This document shows positions 1-13,200 of a stretch of DNA of 64,000 bases, piece after piece. The stretch covers positions 1 to 64,000 of the forward strand of contig JAUCBJ010000998.1 in NCBI GenBank assembly GCA_032718475.1, read 5' to 3'. This stretch comes from Nemertoderma westbladi. Lineage: Eukaryota > Animalia > Xenacoelomorpha. Position 1 is the first letter of the stretch; every line of letters begins with the position of its first letter. Position numbers and translations under genes: made by a program. The notes under the pieces are model-generated. The model ran no database searches. It had not been told where the DNA came from and saw only the letters and a program-made list of their open reading frames with translations.

Positions 1-1385
1 GAAGAAACACATGGAATCAGTACATAAAGGCATCAAGTATAAATGCGTTTATTGTGACAAACAATTCCGTCACAAAGGAACTCTGAAGACACATATAGAA
101 TCAGTTCATAGAGGTATCAAGTATAATTGTGGTTCCTGTGACAAACAATTTAATCGAAAAGATAATCTAAAGGGACACATGGAATCAGTACATAAAGGTA
201 TCAAGTATAATTGCGGTTCTTGTGACAAACAATTCAATGACAAAGGGAATCTAAAGAAACACATGGAATCAGTACATAAAGGTATCAAGTATAATTGCGG
301 TTCTTGTGACAAACAATTTAGCGTCAAAGAATGTCTGAAGAGACACATGGAATCAATACATAAAGGTATCAAGTATAATTGTGGTTCTTGTGACAAACAA
401 TTTATTGACAAAGGGAATCTAAAGAAACACATGGAATCAGTACATAAAGGTATCAAGTATAATTGCGGTTCTTGTGACAAACAATTTAGCGTCAAAGAAT
501 ATCTGAAGAGACACATGGAATTAGTACATAAAGGTATCAAGTATAATTGCGGTTCTTGTGACAAACAATTTAGTGACAAACAGGGTCTGAAGAAACACAT
601 GGAATCAGTACATAAAGGTATCAAGTATAATTGTGGTACTTGTGACAAACAATTCAGTGACAAAGGATATCTAAAGAAACACATGGAATCAGTACATAAA
701 GGTATCAAGTATAATTGCGTTTATTGTGACAAACAATTTAATGACAAAGGACATCTAAAGACTCACACGGAATCAGTACATAAAGGCATCAAGTATAATT
801 GCGTTTATTGTGACAAACAATTTAATGACAAAGGACATCTAAAGACTCACACGGAATCAGTACATAAAGGCATCAAGTATAATTGCGGTTCTTGTGAAAA
901 GCAATTTAGTCTTAAGAGTCATTTAAAGAGACACATGGAATCAGTTCATAGAGGTATCAAGTATAATTGCAGTTCTTGTGACAAACAATTTAGTGACAAA
1001 GGATATCTAAAGAGACACATGGAATCAGTTCATAGAGGTATCAAGTATAATTGCAGTTCTTGTGACAAACAATTTAGTGAAAAACAGAGTCTGAAGAAAC
1101 ACATGGAATCAGTTCATAGAGGTTATCAAGTATAATTGCAGTTCTTGTGACAAACAATTTAGTGACAAACAGAGTCTGAAGAAACACATGGAATTAGTAC
1201 ATAAAGGTATCAAGTATAATTGTGGTACTTGTGACAAACAATTCAGTGACAAAGGATATCTAAAGAAACACATGGAATCAGTACATAAAGGTATCAAGTA
1301 TAATTGCGGTCCTTGTGACAAACAATTGGGTGCCAAAGTGAAAATGAAGAAACACAAACACTCAGTTCACAAAGATACCAATTAA
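1..1385 (+). CDS. Tandem C2H2 zinc-finger protein, 3' part (5' end outside window); +1 frameshift near 1123
   Basis: 84-bp repeats encode C-x2-C-x12-H-x4-H fingers with a KGIKY linker (ORF 11-1135). GAGGTTATCAAG at 1119-1130 has an extra T relative to the repeat consensus GAGGTATCAAG; fingers continue in ORF 1188-1385 to TAA. Confidence 0.93.
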
Positions 1386-1699
1386 GGCTCCTGGTGGTGG
1401 AATCTTTAAATTACCGACTTCAATCCCGTTTTATCAACAGAAATAAACTGCGGTACCTCGTCTGTCGGTCTGTTCATCCCTTTACTTACAAACTATATAT
1501 GCGTGCACTTTGTTATCTTAAACTGACAGTATATTATATGATTATTTTCACCATGGGTCGTGAAATAGTTATTAACCAATCAGACCACAGGCAGATATTT
1601 TTCAAATTCCGCCGTCAGCCGCTAAGGGGTGGCAATTAATTTTAAAATCTTTGTATACAGACTTTATAATATACTATAAGAGAAGGGGGGGGGGGGGTG

Positions 1700-3790
1700 T
1701 CGTTGGTGATTGTGATGGAAAATGCAACAATTTGTTTGAGATATTATTATTTTAGATAGATTCAATATATGGTTTATATCACTAGCAAGGCGGAATAGAA
1801 ATACGAAGATTCAAATATTTACTGAGGTGTTGAAACTGAGAGATTACGTACAAAAGGAGAATTGCCAAAAAAAAACGTACTGAGCGAGAAATTATGTGTT
1901 AAAAATAAGGTTAAATAAATTGAATTAATATTTAATCTGTTTATGTTATCAGATCGAATCTGATGTCTTTTTAGCTATTTTACATTGATCGGAAATGATC
2001 TTATGTTCCTAATAGATGAATCCAAGTTGTTCCAAAGAAATGGGCCCTAAAATTGTAGAGATTGATGAGCTATTTGCAGTCTTATTGATGGTAGGTGGAA
2101 ATTACCCGAGGAAGCTGAACGTGTGTTATAATATAAGTATGTACTGTAGAAGTTCTTATAAATAAATTTCTAACCAGACCTGCTATATAATTGTTGACAT
2201 CGTACATTATTTTTAGAGTTTCAAGTTTAACTAAACTGTCTAGGGGAAGAATATTAAGCTGCTTATATAGAGGTCTGATAATGACTGAAGGTCATTCATT
2301 ACCCAACAGTTTTATTCAGTTTAATAGATAGGGGTTTAAGGATACTGTTGAAAGTGGTACCCCATAAAGCAATACAATATCGTGCATATGGATAGATAAG
2401 TGCATTGAAGAGTAAGCGCAAAATTCTTAAAGGGAAAATGTTTCAATCAAAAATAGTTCAATCAAGTTAAAGTTCTTGCATGTTTGTAAAAGACTTGTAT
2501 CATCAGCAAAAAGTGTAGTGAGGGACGATGAAACATTCGGTATGTCGTTGACATATAGCAAAAATAGTAAAGGCCCTAAAAATGGATCCCTGAGGTACCG
2601 GTACACCTAAAACTATGTCTAAGAGTTCAGCCGTCTATATAAATATATTGTTTACGGTTGGTGAGATAGAGTAATGTCAGAGGGAAGCCTCTGATGCCAT
2701 AGCATTCTAATTTTTTGAGCAAAATTGAGTGGTCTATGCAGTCAAAGGCCTTCTATAGGTCTATAAACACAGTAGATGCAGAGTTACCAGTATCATCAGA
2801 GGCATCAAGAGCCTCACGGGTATTTTCAACAATGTCAAAAATAGCATCAGTAGTTTTTAATTTTTCACGGAAACCGTATTGATGAGGGGTTAATATGTTG
2901 AACTTATTAAGATATGATAATAATTGAACATAAATAATACGTTCGTATAACTTACTGAAAATCGGTAATATTGAGGCCGGGCGATAATTAGATGTGTCAG
3001 TTGGGAGTCCAGATTTAAATACAGTTTAAATACAATTACTAACTTTAAGGAGTCTGGGAAGAAACCGCGTTTGATTGAAAGATTAATTATTGTAGCTAAG
3101 TGTTTGGAAAGAGAATCAGAAGCAATATGAAGCAGCATAACGGGGAATAAGTCGTTAGTAGATGAGTTTGTATCTAATTGTAGTATGTAACATTTTATTT
3201 CTACACCAGCAATGGTTTCTGATAGGACAAAGGAACTTGGATTACGATGCTTGATATACCTAGTTGCAATACGCCTAGGAGGGTATATTTTAGAAGCTAA
3301 GGGATTACCAATTTCAGTAAAAAATTTATTAAATACATTATTTTTGCTTTATCCAAAGGGGTTAGTTACAGTGATTTACTGGATCTATGTAAAGCACAAT
3401 TAATTGTTTTCCCGGTGTTGCGCATATTTGATTGGTTATTATAAAATTCTGTATGACAATATCTTTTTTCCACCTCCCGTAAAACAGTTATTAATTTATT
3501 GCGATACGATTTATATTTGAGAAACTTTACGGGATTCGGTTTAGATAAGTACGATGCATATAATTTCTTTTTATGGTTAATACATTTAACAAGAGCTATG
3601 GTAAGCCAAGGTTTTAGTGGTGCTAATTTTGGGTTTAAAACTTTTCTAGGTAAGAGTTTAGTAGTTTAGAGCACAGGTCCGTAAAGTTACTATAAAAGTG
3701 ATAGTATCTTTCTGTGTGTGATATTGCTGCGCTGAGGTAATCAGAGTTCAGATCTAAATCTATTAAAAAATCATTCTGGTTAAATTTAGT
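1700..3790 (-). mobile_element. Decayed CR1/L2-type non-LTR retrotransposon, reverse transcriptase region
   Basis: Minus-strand motifs QYGFR (about 2867-2882), VFIDL*KAFD (about 2741-2770), interrupted GVPQGS (about 2585-2607), LFADDT (about 2496-2513); many stops and frameshifts. Boundaries approximate. Confidence 0.85.
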
Positions 3791-4119
3791 GTGGGGCGAG
3801 CCACGAAGTGAGTGAGCCTTAGCGTAGTGGCCCTCTCCAGGGGAAATTGGACGCAAATAACAACAGCTGATTACTCTCAAAAATAAAACTGTAACCTGTT
3901 CTATTGTGTTTACTTTATTGTTTTGGTTAAAATAACGTGCCACAGTAACCTGCTCCTTTCCCAAAATTTAGAAATTAATATTGAGACGGGATATTAATTC
4001 GCCAAGATGGGATTTGCGTCCAGTCCCACCCCCTCCTATCTCTTGATTTCACTAAAAAATAGAATACATTGCATTTTACTGTTATAATTACTGTATTGAA
4101 TAAAATAATTAATTGATTG

Positions 4120-4510
4120 TTTATTAAACCGTGCTAAGCACGTTGAACTGGAGCTCTAACAATTCCCCACTAGCGGCAGACAGGAACTGTAAAAGTCTCT
4201 GTAGAATTTCTAATTAAGCAATGCTCTTAGGTAACTACTACTAAATTTCAGATGAATCTGATCGTTGGTTCTATAATTACAGCTATGTAATTACAGCTGT
4301 TAATTCGCCCCCTAGCGGCAGACCGGGGAACTGTAGAACTCTGTCTGTGTGTAGAATTTCTAAATTTTTTATAGACTACATGTGTACCAAGTTTGGTTCC
4401 ATTTCATCCATGATTGACCGACTTATTAGCGTTCAAACATTCCTGCCACAAACATAGCCAGAGGCAGTCACAAACGAATAAAATCTGCAGGAACTCGAGC
4501 GATAATTAAT
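4120..4510. mobile_element. Probable non-autonomous Helentron-like repeat fragment
   Basis: Repeated CCCC(A)CTAGCGGCAGAC motif, and CATGTGTACCAAGTTTGG, which recurs inverted at about 5717-5735. These resemble motifs of animal Helentron-type non-autonomous repeats; classification is inference. Confidence 0.35.
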
Positions 4511-4921
4511 TTATTAATTATTAAATACTGTTTCAATTAAATTCTTTACGAAAATCTAGTCATCTTCTTTTAAATATGGACCCTGCATTCATGGAAAATA
4601 TAATATTTGATAATTCATCAGTCAGCCTACGCTAATTTCACAGCAAAGTCCTTGTCATGGCCTGTGTGTAGTAGGCCATGGTACCACCCTACTACCGGTA
4701 CCGGCTGACCGCGTGACCGGTGGCAACTAGCACTTCAGCACTTGCACAGCAACAGCACTACCGGCGATACACAGGTTGAAATTTATGTAGAGTTTGCTCA
4801 ACAGTACAGATATAAAATAGTTATCTAAATTATATATATTACTATTGACAAGTATTGAAATATATACCGTTATTCGTGTTATCAGTATTTGCAACATCTG
4901 ACATTGAAGAGGTGAGAGAAG

Positions 4922-5260
4922 ATGAATACCGGCACTCAACAAAACCAACGCTTATCACAGGTCGGTATGGTTACCTCGAAACCGGCGCGACTGTCCACTC
5001 GAATACAACTTCAAAACACAAACGCCAACAATAAACTGAAAGCGAATCGAACGTCTTCAGAAGAATCTGTCATTGGGACGAAGAAAAGGAAGCCGAAACC
5101 ACGGGAATGGACCACAGCTAAGATTGAATGCTCCCATTGTCAGAGTTCCTGGACCGAAATTGAAACACCAATTGCTGATGGGCTTGATCTCTCAAACCAA
5201 AACTTCCTCTGCGGGGTTGGCGCGGCAGTAAAGATTGAAAGTCTGGAAGCTGGCATCCCT
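4922..5260 (+). pseudogene. Possible LINE ORF1 N-terminal fragment with degenerate PHD finger
   Basis: IECSHCQSSW...NFLCG pattern in ORF 4922-5380, cut off where the 5264 repeat starts. Confidence 0.4.
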
Positions 5261-5263
5261 AGG

Positions 5264-5653
5264 TATTATTATTATAAAGAGCGTCAGCCTGCGTTTAATA
5301 AATATATTTTAATACAAAACAGGTCGAACGCAAAGAGGCTTATAATGAAGACGAGTACTGCATTGATTATATTCCTATAAACCACCTGGCTTTGCATATT
5401 GAACGTGCGATTGGAAATAAGTTCGTGCTACCCTTCCGTGGGTGGTAGATGTCGCAGGTTATGTATTGGTGGTTGGGAAGGGTGGGGGGGGGGGGGGGGG
5501 AGAGATTAAAAGGGGTGAACACGTACTGTCCCCCTTTCTTTGATTGATTGGTGGTGTGGGTAAATTTATCGAAACCTGATTTTGTGATACAGTCGCTCAA
5601 TTTTAATTTGTATCTCATAACTGGGCCTCGTGCTGCGCGAAGGCCCCACGAAC
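5264..5653. repeat. About 390-bp dispersed repeat, copy 1 (possibly Helentron-like)
   Basis: Near-identical to 6823-7214; starts with (TAT)n, contains a poly-G tract and a GGGCCTCG...CGAAGGCCC hairpin; partial third copy at about 6660-6810. Confidence 0.85.
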
Positions 5654-6822
5654 ATGTCGTTCTGTCGTGTTTAATTTTAAACGTTAATAACTCGGCCAAT
5701 CTTTGATGAAATCTATCCAAACTTGGTACACATGTTGTTTGGCAAAAGTTTAGAAATTTTCCAAGTAGAATTTCCGTGTGGCCTTCGAGAAGCTAAGATA
5801 ATAGCAGTTAATTAGTTGATTAAGTTGATTACGGTGAAAACACCATTTTCAACCTGCCTTTTAAAGGAAATTAATTGTTTTACAGTATAAGATTTAAATA
5901 ATTATACTTAAAAATTATACAGATGTAATCCACATACGCCATTCTATTATAGTTTTTAATTAGTTCAAGTGATTAGCTTTAATAAATGAGTCTTTAATTG
6001 ATCTAAACGTAATTAAACGGCACAAATATTGAGTACAAATTTAATCCTTCCCATTATTGGTCAAGTCTCTGCTGGTGTGGAGCTAGCTAGCTGGGAGTTG
6101 TGGCTGTAGACTAACCAGAGAGGAATTGTAATAGGCAACCAGTATTGCTATTCCAGCCCAGACAGCATTCTTTAAATCCAACATCCCAACATTCTTCCTG
6201 TATTCCAATTCCTATTGACTCTACTATAAGTGTTGTATTATTATTATTATCACTATCACTGAATTGTGTTTATTATAGGCTGGACGGGCCGCATAACCGT
6301 TCGACTACTACTACTATTGCTATCTCAGGTAAATGACAGATATAATAACATAAAATACAATCCATGGCATGGCTGTTGTAGGCTTCTGAAATAGTTTATT
6401 CCACAATGTATATGTCTGGTTATTTTTTAATTGAATTTTTGCAAAGTAGAAAATTAATGTTCTTAAAAATAATATTATTATTTTATATGTAACCTAGGAA
6501 ATTAGCTACATTTTTTCGCTGCAGCTTTAAGAGTGTACATTGATTTAATATTATTTCAATACCCATATTACTAAATCGGCATAAGATGCGTTGGCGTTGT
6601 ATCACACATCTCCACATAGATGTATCAGCATTTACTCGCACAGTTTCGAAACTTCGCATTGTTATAACTGTATAAAGATCGTCAGTCTGCGTTTAGGAAA
6701 AATATTTTATGACAAAACAGGACAAGCGACGAGCGCAACGAGGCATATAATGAAGATGAGTACTGCGTTGACTAAATTATTATATAAACCACCTGGCTTT
6801 ACATATTGATCGCATCCTTAGT

Positions 6823-7214
6823 TATTATTATTATAAAGATCGTCCTAGCCTGCGTTTAAGAAATATATTTAAATACAAAACAGGACGAACGCAATGAGGC
6901 TTATAATGAAAACGAGTACTGCGTTTATTATATTCCTATAAACCACCTGGCTTTGCATATTGAACGTGCGATTGGAAATAAGTTCGTGCTACCCTTCCGT
7001 GGGTGGTAGATGTCGCGGTTATGTATTGGTGGTTGGGAAGAGTGGGGGGGGGGGGGGGGGGGGTGATTAAAAGGAGTGAACACGTACTGTCCCCCTTTCT
7101 TTGATTGATTGGTGGTGTGGGTAAATTTCTCAAAACATGATTTTGTGATACAGTCTCTCAATTTTAATTTGTATCTCATAACTGGGCCTCGTGCTGCGCG
7201 AAGGCCCCACGAAC
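6823..7214. repeat. About 390-bp dispersed repeat, copy 2
   Basis: Direct repeat of 5264-5653. Confidence 0.85.
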
Positions 7215-8056
7215 GTGTAATCGTATGTATAGCGAGTCTCTGATTGGCTGAAGTGACAACTGTATTTTGTAAATACGGTAATAGTTGGTAGATGGTCGGT
7301 TGTTCCAACTTCCGTCAAAAATACGCCGGATTTATTAATAGTTCTATCAATATTGGTAATAGTATGATCCAATAAAGTCTTAGAGTGGGTTGTAATTCTC
7401 GTAGCATTCTTAATTAGCTGGGAAAAACCGTTGGATTGGATTGCCTGTATATATTGATGAGCTACTTTACTAATATTAAACAGTAAATCTCTATTAAAAC
7501 AACCCGTTATTACAACATCAACATCAAGTTTCTTTTCAGCCAATTTATTTAAAAATTCGTCAAATCGCGGAATAAAGTCTGTATAGATTAGCGACCCAGG
7601 CCGATAAATTGTACCGACCACTTGGGGTCTCTTAGTGGAGGATCTAGAGATCTGAACCCCTTTATGGACATAAACTGCTGTTCCGCCGCTTCTATCGGCG
7701 GTTAACAAACGGACCTGTGAAATCATCTAAAATGTAGGGATTGAGTAGATCATAGCCTATAAAGGATTCAGAGAAGGTTAAAAGGTCAAAGTTTGAATTA
7801 ATGGTTCCTATAAAAAGTCTGTTGTGGCCGCGAGGTTTTATGCCAGACTGCGGCAGTTCAAGTTAATAGTAAAGGAAGCCGGTAAAGTTGCTAGTAAAGA
7901 TGCCGGTTTAATATTTTTGAATTCGGTGTTGTATTTTTCCGAGTCATAATAACCCCCGGCGTTGTTATTATTGACAATATTTACATCTGGGTCGATATCA
8001 TGAAACATTCTATTGAGAGAAGGATCAAAACTGTTGCCCAGGACGTTGTTGTCCAT
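7215..8056 (-). mobile_element. LINE ORF2 N-terminus with APE endonuclease (CR1/L2-like); possibly the same element as 1700-3790
   Basis: DIDPD..YY leader, NLNCRSL, GGTAVYV, GTIYRP, ITGCFN (GDFN-like), TRITTHSKTLLDH, TDHLP motifs in ORFs 7838-8056 and 7130-7726. Confidence 0.85.
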
Positions 8057-8630
8057 AGTACCAAAAATATCAGTGTCGTCACTGTCAACATTGGCAAAGG
8101 GGAAAATTTCATTGTAACTAAAAATACAATAAAGTCACAAAAGTTGATTGATAAGGCCGGCAAGGTTGATAATATCCAGTTTAGATAGATGAGATCCGCA
8201 TTGATAATGACATATAGAAGAACACAAGACGCAATTAATAATTGTGTCACTTTTTTAAAAGAAAGTTGGAAAAGTTGCAGTTACCATCGTGGTTTACAGG
8301 CATTGGGGGGGGGGGGGGGGGGGGGGGGTGTGTGTGTGGTGTTAATGTAAATACCTAAATACCACCAGTACAAACAAATTATGTTACACAATAATATATT
8401 GTGCAATAAACATTAAACTGACTGTCTACAATCACAAGCCTCATATTAAATAAAAGGAGTATAAAGGGTTAAAGTAGAAGCTTGAAAATCCAATAACAAA
8501 GAGTTATTGTATTTTATTTATTAATCAAGCACGTTAAGTAAAAACTTACCGGTAGGTATGTCAGTGCCAAAGTATGTAAAAAACTAAAAAGCAACAAGAC
8601 CTAGACGTGCATGCAATCAACTGACGGCAG

Positions 8631-8680
8631 CCATCTGATCGGTAGGTTTCGCCCCGCAATTGAAGGCATTCTCAGGAGGC
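8631..8680 (-). ncRNA. Degenerate minimal hammerhead-ribozyme-like motif 3' of the Penelope ORF
   Basis: Minus strand reads CUGAGAA-u-GCCUU-caauugc-GGGGC-GAAAC-cuaccg-AUC. The first box deviates from CUGANGA and stems I and III are imperfect. Penelope-like elements are known to carry such ribozymes. Confidence 0.35.
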
Positions 8681-8757
8681 CAAGCCAGGAAATGTAGAGA
8701 GAGATTCCCAAAGGGGGACGGAACAGGTAACGAAATTAAGATATGTCTGTACTGTAA

Positions 8758-9925
8758 CTAACCACTGGGAAGCAGCACCGTAAACTTGCGCCAGTCACGT
8801 TTCTGCTTGTTGATAACCGGCTTGCGTGTTTGGATGTAATACGTTTCAATCTTTTGCAAGACTGGCCGCAATGGGTGTCTAGCAATTACAGCGAAATGTT
8901 TAAACAATTCACGCCAGTCAGTCAGCCAACGTGTATTGGGCTCGCCGCGGTGCGTCATGATGTGGTTGTGCACAGTCTTACCCTGTTCGCTCCCATCATT
9001 GGCTGTCCCATCCTGGTGCTGTCTAACGAGTTCAAACAAGTGTTGGATGGTGTGTCCAACATATATATATATATATAGAGAAAGAATAAACGACGTCAGA
9101 CGCAAGGATTTCCGGGATGGGGTGTTTGAGAGATGGGAGTGACTGGCGCAGTTTAGATGTTGTAAAAACAAACCGAACTGGCCGTGTGCAAGACCTGGGT
9201 ATAAGACCACGTAACTTTCGAACAGATCAGTTGCCCGACATCGGTACTCAAACTTACAGGTAATAAGCTTGGAATCATCAGAAGCTGCCTGGTCGACCGG
9301 GTGAATGACATCGGTGGGGACAGCTGTTGGTGCCTCGCCCCCCGAACCACTGCCCGCACGCCCTTTAGCGGCTTGAACTACGGGTAGCTTAGGCTCGACC
9401 ATCGTATCAGTATCTTTGTTATTGCTAAGAATATTCTTAGCATCACCAATAGCAATAGCAGTATAGAGTTGGGAACCAACCCCACCCTTACTGGCATTAA
9501 AGATGCGATGGAACATACCACGAACTACACCGCGTTTGTGAGACTCAGGGGCACACGCAGTGGCATTGAGAACGAGCCCAGTATCTGTAGGCTTGCGGTA
9601 CCACGCTGTTGAAAGAGCATAGTCAACCCGAGTTACAACCAAATCAAGATTGGATAGGAAATCAAATTAGATTGGATAGGATAGGACTAAGATTGGGATG
9701 GAGGGCATTGACCTCTCACAACTTCTCAGTGGGGTCGTTACTACCAACACTAAATACGTCATTGACGTACCTATAACTGAGCTTGGTGCCCGCAGCCATC
9801 CTCTCGTCGAACTGTGACAGAAAGATGTTTGCGAGTATGGGGCCCAATGGAGACCCCATAGCGACACCATCTTTCTGACAGACGTTGTTGCCATGGTGAT
9901 CTAGGAATACGACATCCTTGGTGAC
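8758..9925 (-). mobile_element. Penelope-like element 1, 3' part (RT C-terminal half plus GIY-YIG)
   Basis: QKDGVAMGSPLGPILANIF (about 9822-9880), YRYVNDVF, WYRKPTDTG, YVGHT...LFELVRQH, ETYYI...KPVINKQ. Confidence 0.9.
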
Positions 9926-10226
9926 TATTGGGATCGGAAATAAATGAATACCAGCTGCATCAGTTTATTAATGGTCGACATACAGAACAGCATATCAAAC
10001 AATAATATGAACCAACAGACCAACGAACATACCCACCACCTTACAGCACATCAGTACAGCAGTACAGTAGGTACCGGTAACGGTTACTGTACCTACAGAC
10101 CTAGAAGATAGGAAAGACTGAATACCGGAATACCAGAAGAGGACCGGTAGGTAAAAGACCAGTAGGTTGGATCTAACCACCACCAAGCCAGGGTCTACTA
10201 GAGCCCTAACAATACATAATCTAACA
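9926..10226 (-). repeat. Gypsy 3' LTR
   Basis: 301 bp, TG...TA termini, one mismatch seen against the 5' LTR; polypurine tract GGGGGAGA abuts at 10227-10234. Confidence 0.96.
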
Positions 10227-10295
10227 TCTCCCCCAAGAACAATGTAGGAGACATTTGTACTGAAAAAAAAATCCAACCACCACCAATAGGTCAGT

Positions 10296-13200
10296 TCATT
10301 GAACTCCGAATCTTGCTGGTTGCTTGTGAGTTCTCGAACTGCGCCTGGGAAGATCATCAGCGAACTGTACCTGTTTTTGAGGCGTTATGTCACGAAGAGA
10401 AGAGTCATCTGGGATGGAACGTAGATAACGACGATTTCTCCAATACACCCGACCATTGTCTAGTTCTATCCGGTAATCTCGCCTAGTACCACGGGAAAGG
10501 ACGATACCAGATTTGTTCCATAGTTTGGAATGTGCACTCTGGATGCAAACTCGGGAACCAATAGGAATCGGGGTTAAGTCGTGAGCATGATCATTATAAT
10601 ATGATTCAGTTGCTGAAGACGTTGAAGGACCAGGGATAGGGAATGAATCACCTGCCAGTGTGGACGAATGAGCTGGTATAGTAGAACGGAGGGATCTACC
10701 GAACAACAGTTGAGCTGGAGACATACCATGTTCTTTAGGAGTATTTCTCCATTCCAGCAAACCACGAACAAAGCAAGTAGAGTTTAGATCTCCTTTGACA
10801 TCTAACTTTTTTATCAATGATTTCATGGCCTTTACAGCCCCCTCTGCATGGCCATTAGACTGAGGATACTCAGGAGTAGAATACTCAGGGATGATATTCC
10901 ATTCGGATAAGAAATCATGATAACGTGCTGAATTAAATTGTGTACCACCATCAGAACGAAGGCGTTTTGGAATACCGAAATCTTTGAACCATCCTCGAAG
11001 AGCTGAAATAACTTGAGAGCTAGAAGGATCGGCACGCCAAGAATGAACGCATGGCCACCCAGAATATCTATCGACATAAACCAGGTATGACCAGGTGCTG
11101 AAGTAGAAAAGATCAGCAGAGCAATCCTCCATTGGAAGACATGGATGAGGGTCGCTTTGGAGAGACTCTTTAGGTAAACTTGGTTGATAAAGTTGACACT
11201 GGGGACAAGAATTGACTATGTTTGTAATATCGCTATTGATACCAGGCCAGAATACAGTTTGCCTAGCTCTCCTCTTAGAACGTTCAATGCCCTGATGAGC
11301 ATCATGAAGGTGCTTCAGGACATTCTTGCGGAGGGAAGATGGAATTACAATCCGGGAACCTAATAAAAGAAGATTATCTTCACAAGATAACTGATGTCGC
11401 ACATTCCAGAATTGGCGTATGTGCACAGAACATTGTGTGGATGTTGGGGGAAATCCAGAAATAACAGCATCCACCAAAGCCATGTAAGAAATATCATCCT
11501 TTGCAGATGATCGGATAGACTCAATATATGAATCCTTGAGATGACTTGGAGCATCAGAAACAACAATTGAGGTAGACACGTGACGAATGACTGCGGAAAC
11601 ATGGTCATTGACATCTGTATCACAAAGAATATCCTCTGGAGTAGGATCCGAAACAGGGGCACGGGAAAGTGCGTCTGGAATCGAATCGATATCGGAAGTG
11701 ATATCGGAAGTGATATCGGAAGTGATATCGGAAATGATATCGGAAGTGATATCAGAAGTGATATCGGAAGTGATATCGGAAATGATATCGGAAGTGATAT
11801 CAGAAGTGATATCGGAAGTGATATCGGAAGTGATATCAGAAGTGATATCGGAAGTGATATCGGAAATGATATCGGAAGTGATATCAGAAGTGATATCGGA
11901 AGTGATATCGGAAATGATATCGGAAGTGATATCAGAAGTGATATCGGAAGTGATATCGGAAGTGATATCGGAAGGATGGACCCAATCCGTTGGTTCGTTA
12001 TCCAGAACTGGACAAATAATACCTTGTTCAACCATTTTCTCTAAGCGAGCTTTAGCCCAGTCTCTAATGGCTAAAGGAAGTTGCCTGGCTGTATGAATAG
12101 CATATGGTTGGGCATCATCTTTTAATGAAATGGTCATGGGTGGGCCATTCATTGGACGAAGTTTGTCATCTTGGTCAAAAACATCAGAATAAGCCTTTAT
12201 GAGTTTCTGCTTAACAGTATCCCATTCTGAAGGCGAAGGTTCATCAGAAAGATGGAAGTCAACCTTGAATGATGTTGTTGGAATTGAGTTTTTAATACCA
12301 ATTGGTGACATATTAGAAGAATTAGAAGAAGCAACAGACTGAATTTCTGCCACTGGTTCTGGATATGAACTTGAAATAATTCCTAGGTTTTGACAAGTAT
12401 ACCATGCCAAAAGAATTCCATTGACTTCTTCACAAATGCAGATAAGCTCATCAGTTGAATATTCACCATAGGAAATTGTGGTGTGGAGGAGACCAATGCA
12501 TGAAAGAAGACTACCATTAGCAGCAGAAAGATCATCATGGTCTGGTGGAAGTAGATTTTCTTTGTCAATAGAAAGGGCCTGAAGAAAATCTAAGCCAGCA
12601 ACAGTGGCCTCAGCACCAGTATCTGGAGTTGCTTTGAGAGAACCGAATAAATGTCCTGTTGCAATATGACAGAAGTTCAGAAATACTTTCGGAGCTTGAC
12701 GATTATGGCTTCCAACCAAATTGAGGGTGATGCGGCTAATGGGTTTTGTCTTAGGTTTTGAAGATGAATTCGAATTATTTTGTTTAGACCGACAAACATT
12801 GGCAAAGTGGCCTTCCTTGCCACAATAAGAACAATCTTTGTTCCTTGCTGGACAGTCAGCGCGTTTATGGTCTGTTTTACCACAACCATAACAAACTATA
12901 GGGCCAGTAGTTGAAGAATTGTTTCTGGATTTGGATTTAGAAGAATTGTTGCGCCTGGAATTATAAGGCTTTTTGTTGTGAAAACGGGATTGTCGAGAAG
13001 CTTGGTTGATTGAAGGGTTTTTTAAATCCTGAACTCCAGCTTGGGCTGATTCCTCAGACCTACAAAGATTTACAGCATCTTCAAGCGAAGGAAATGGAGT
13101 CAATGCAAGAAGTTTAGATCTGGTGTCCTCGCAAGAAATACCAGACATAATTCGAGTAGTCAACCGCCGATCGAAACAATGACGACATAGATCAGCATCT

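Noticed and set aside
106-1357. Minus-strand ORFs over the ZNF arrays (also 62683-63786)
   Set aside because: Antisense shadows of the 84-bp finger repeat
11688-11974. CRISPR array or telomeric repeat
   Set aside because: No spacers or cas genes, eukaryotic context, and the unit matches no telomere motif I recognise
11360-12096. Alternative-frame ORFs (ISLP, SDIG and SEVI repeats)
   Set aside because: By-products of a stop-poor 12-bp repeat
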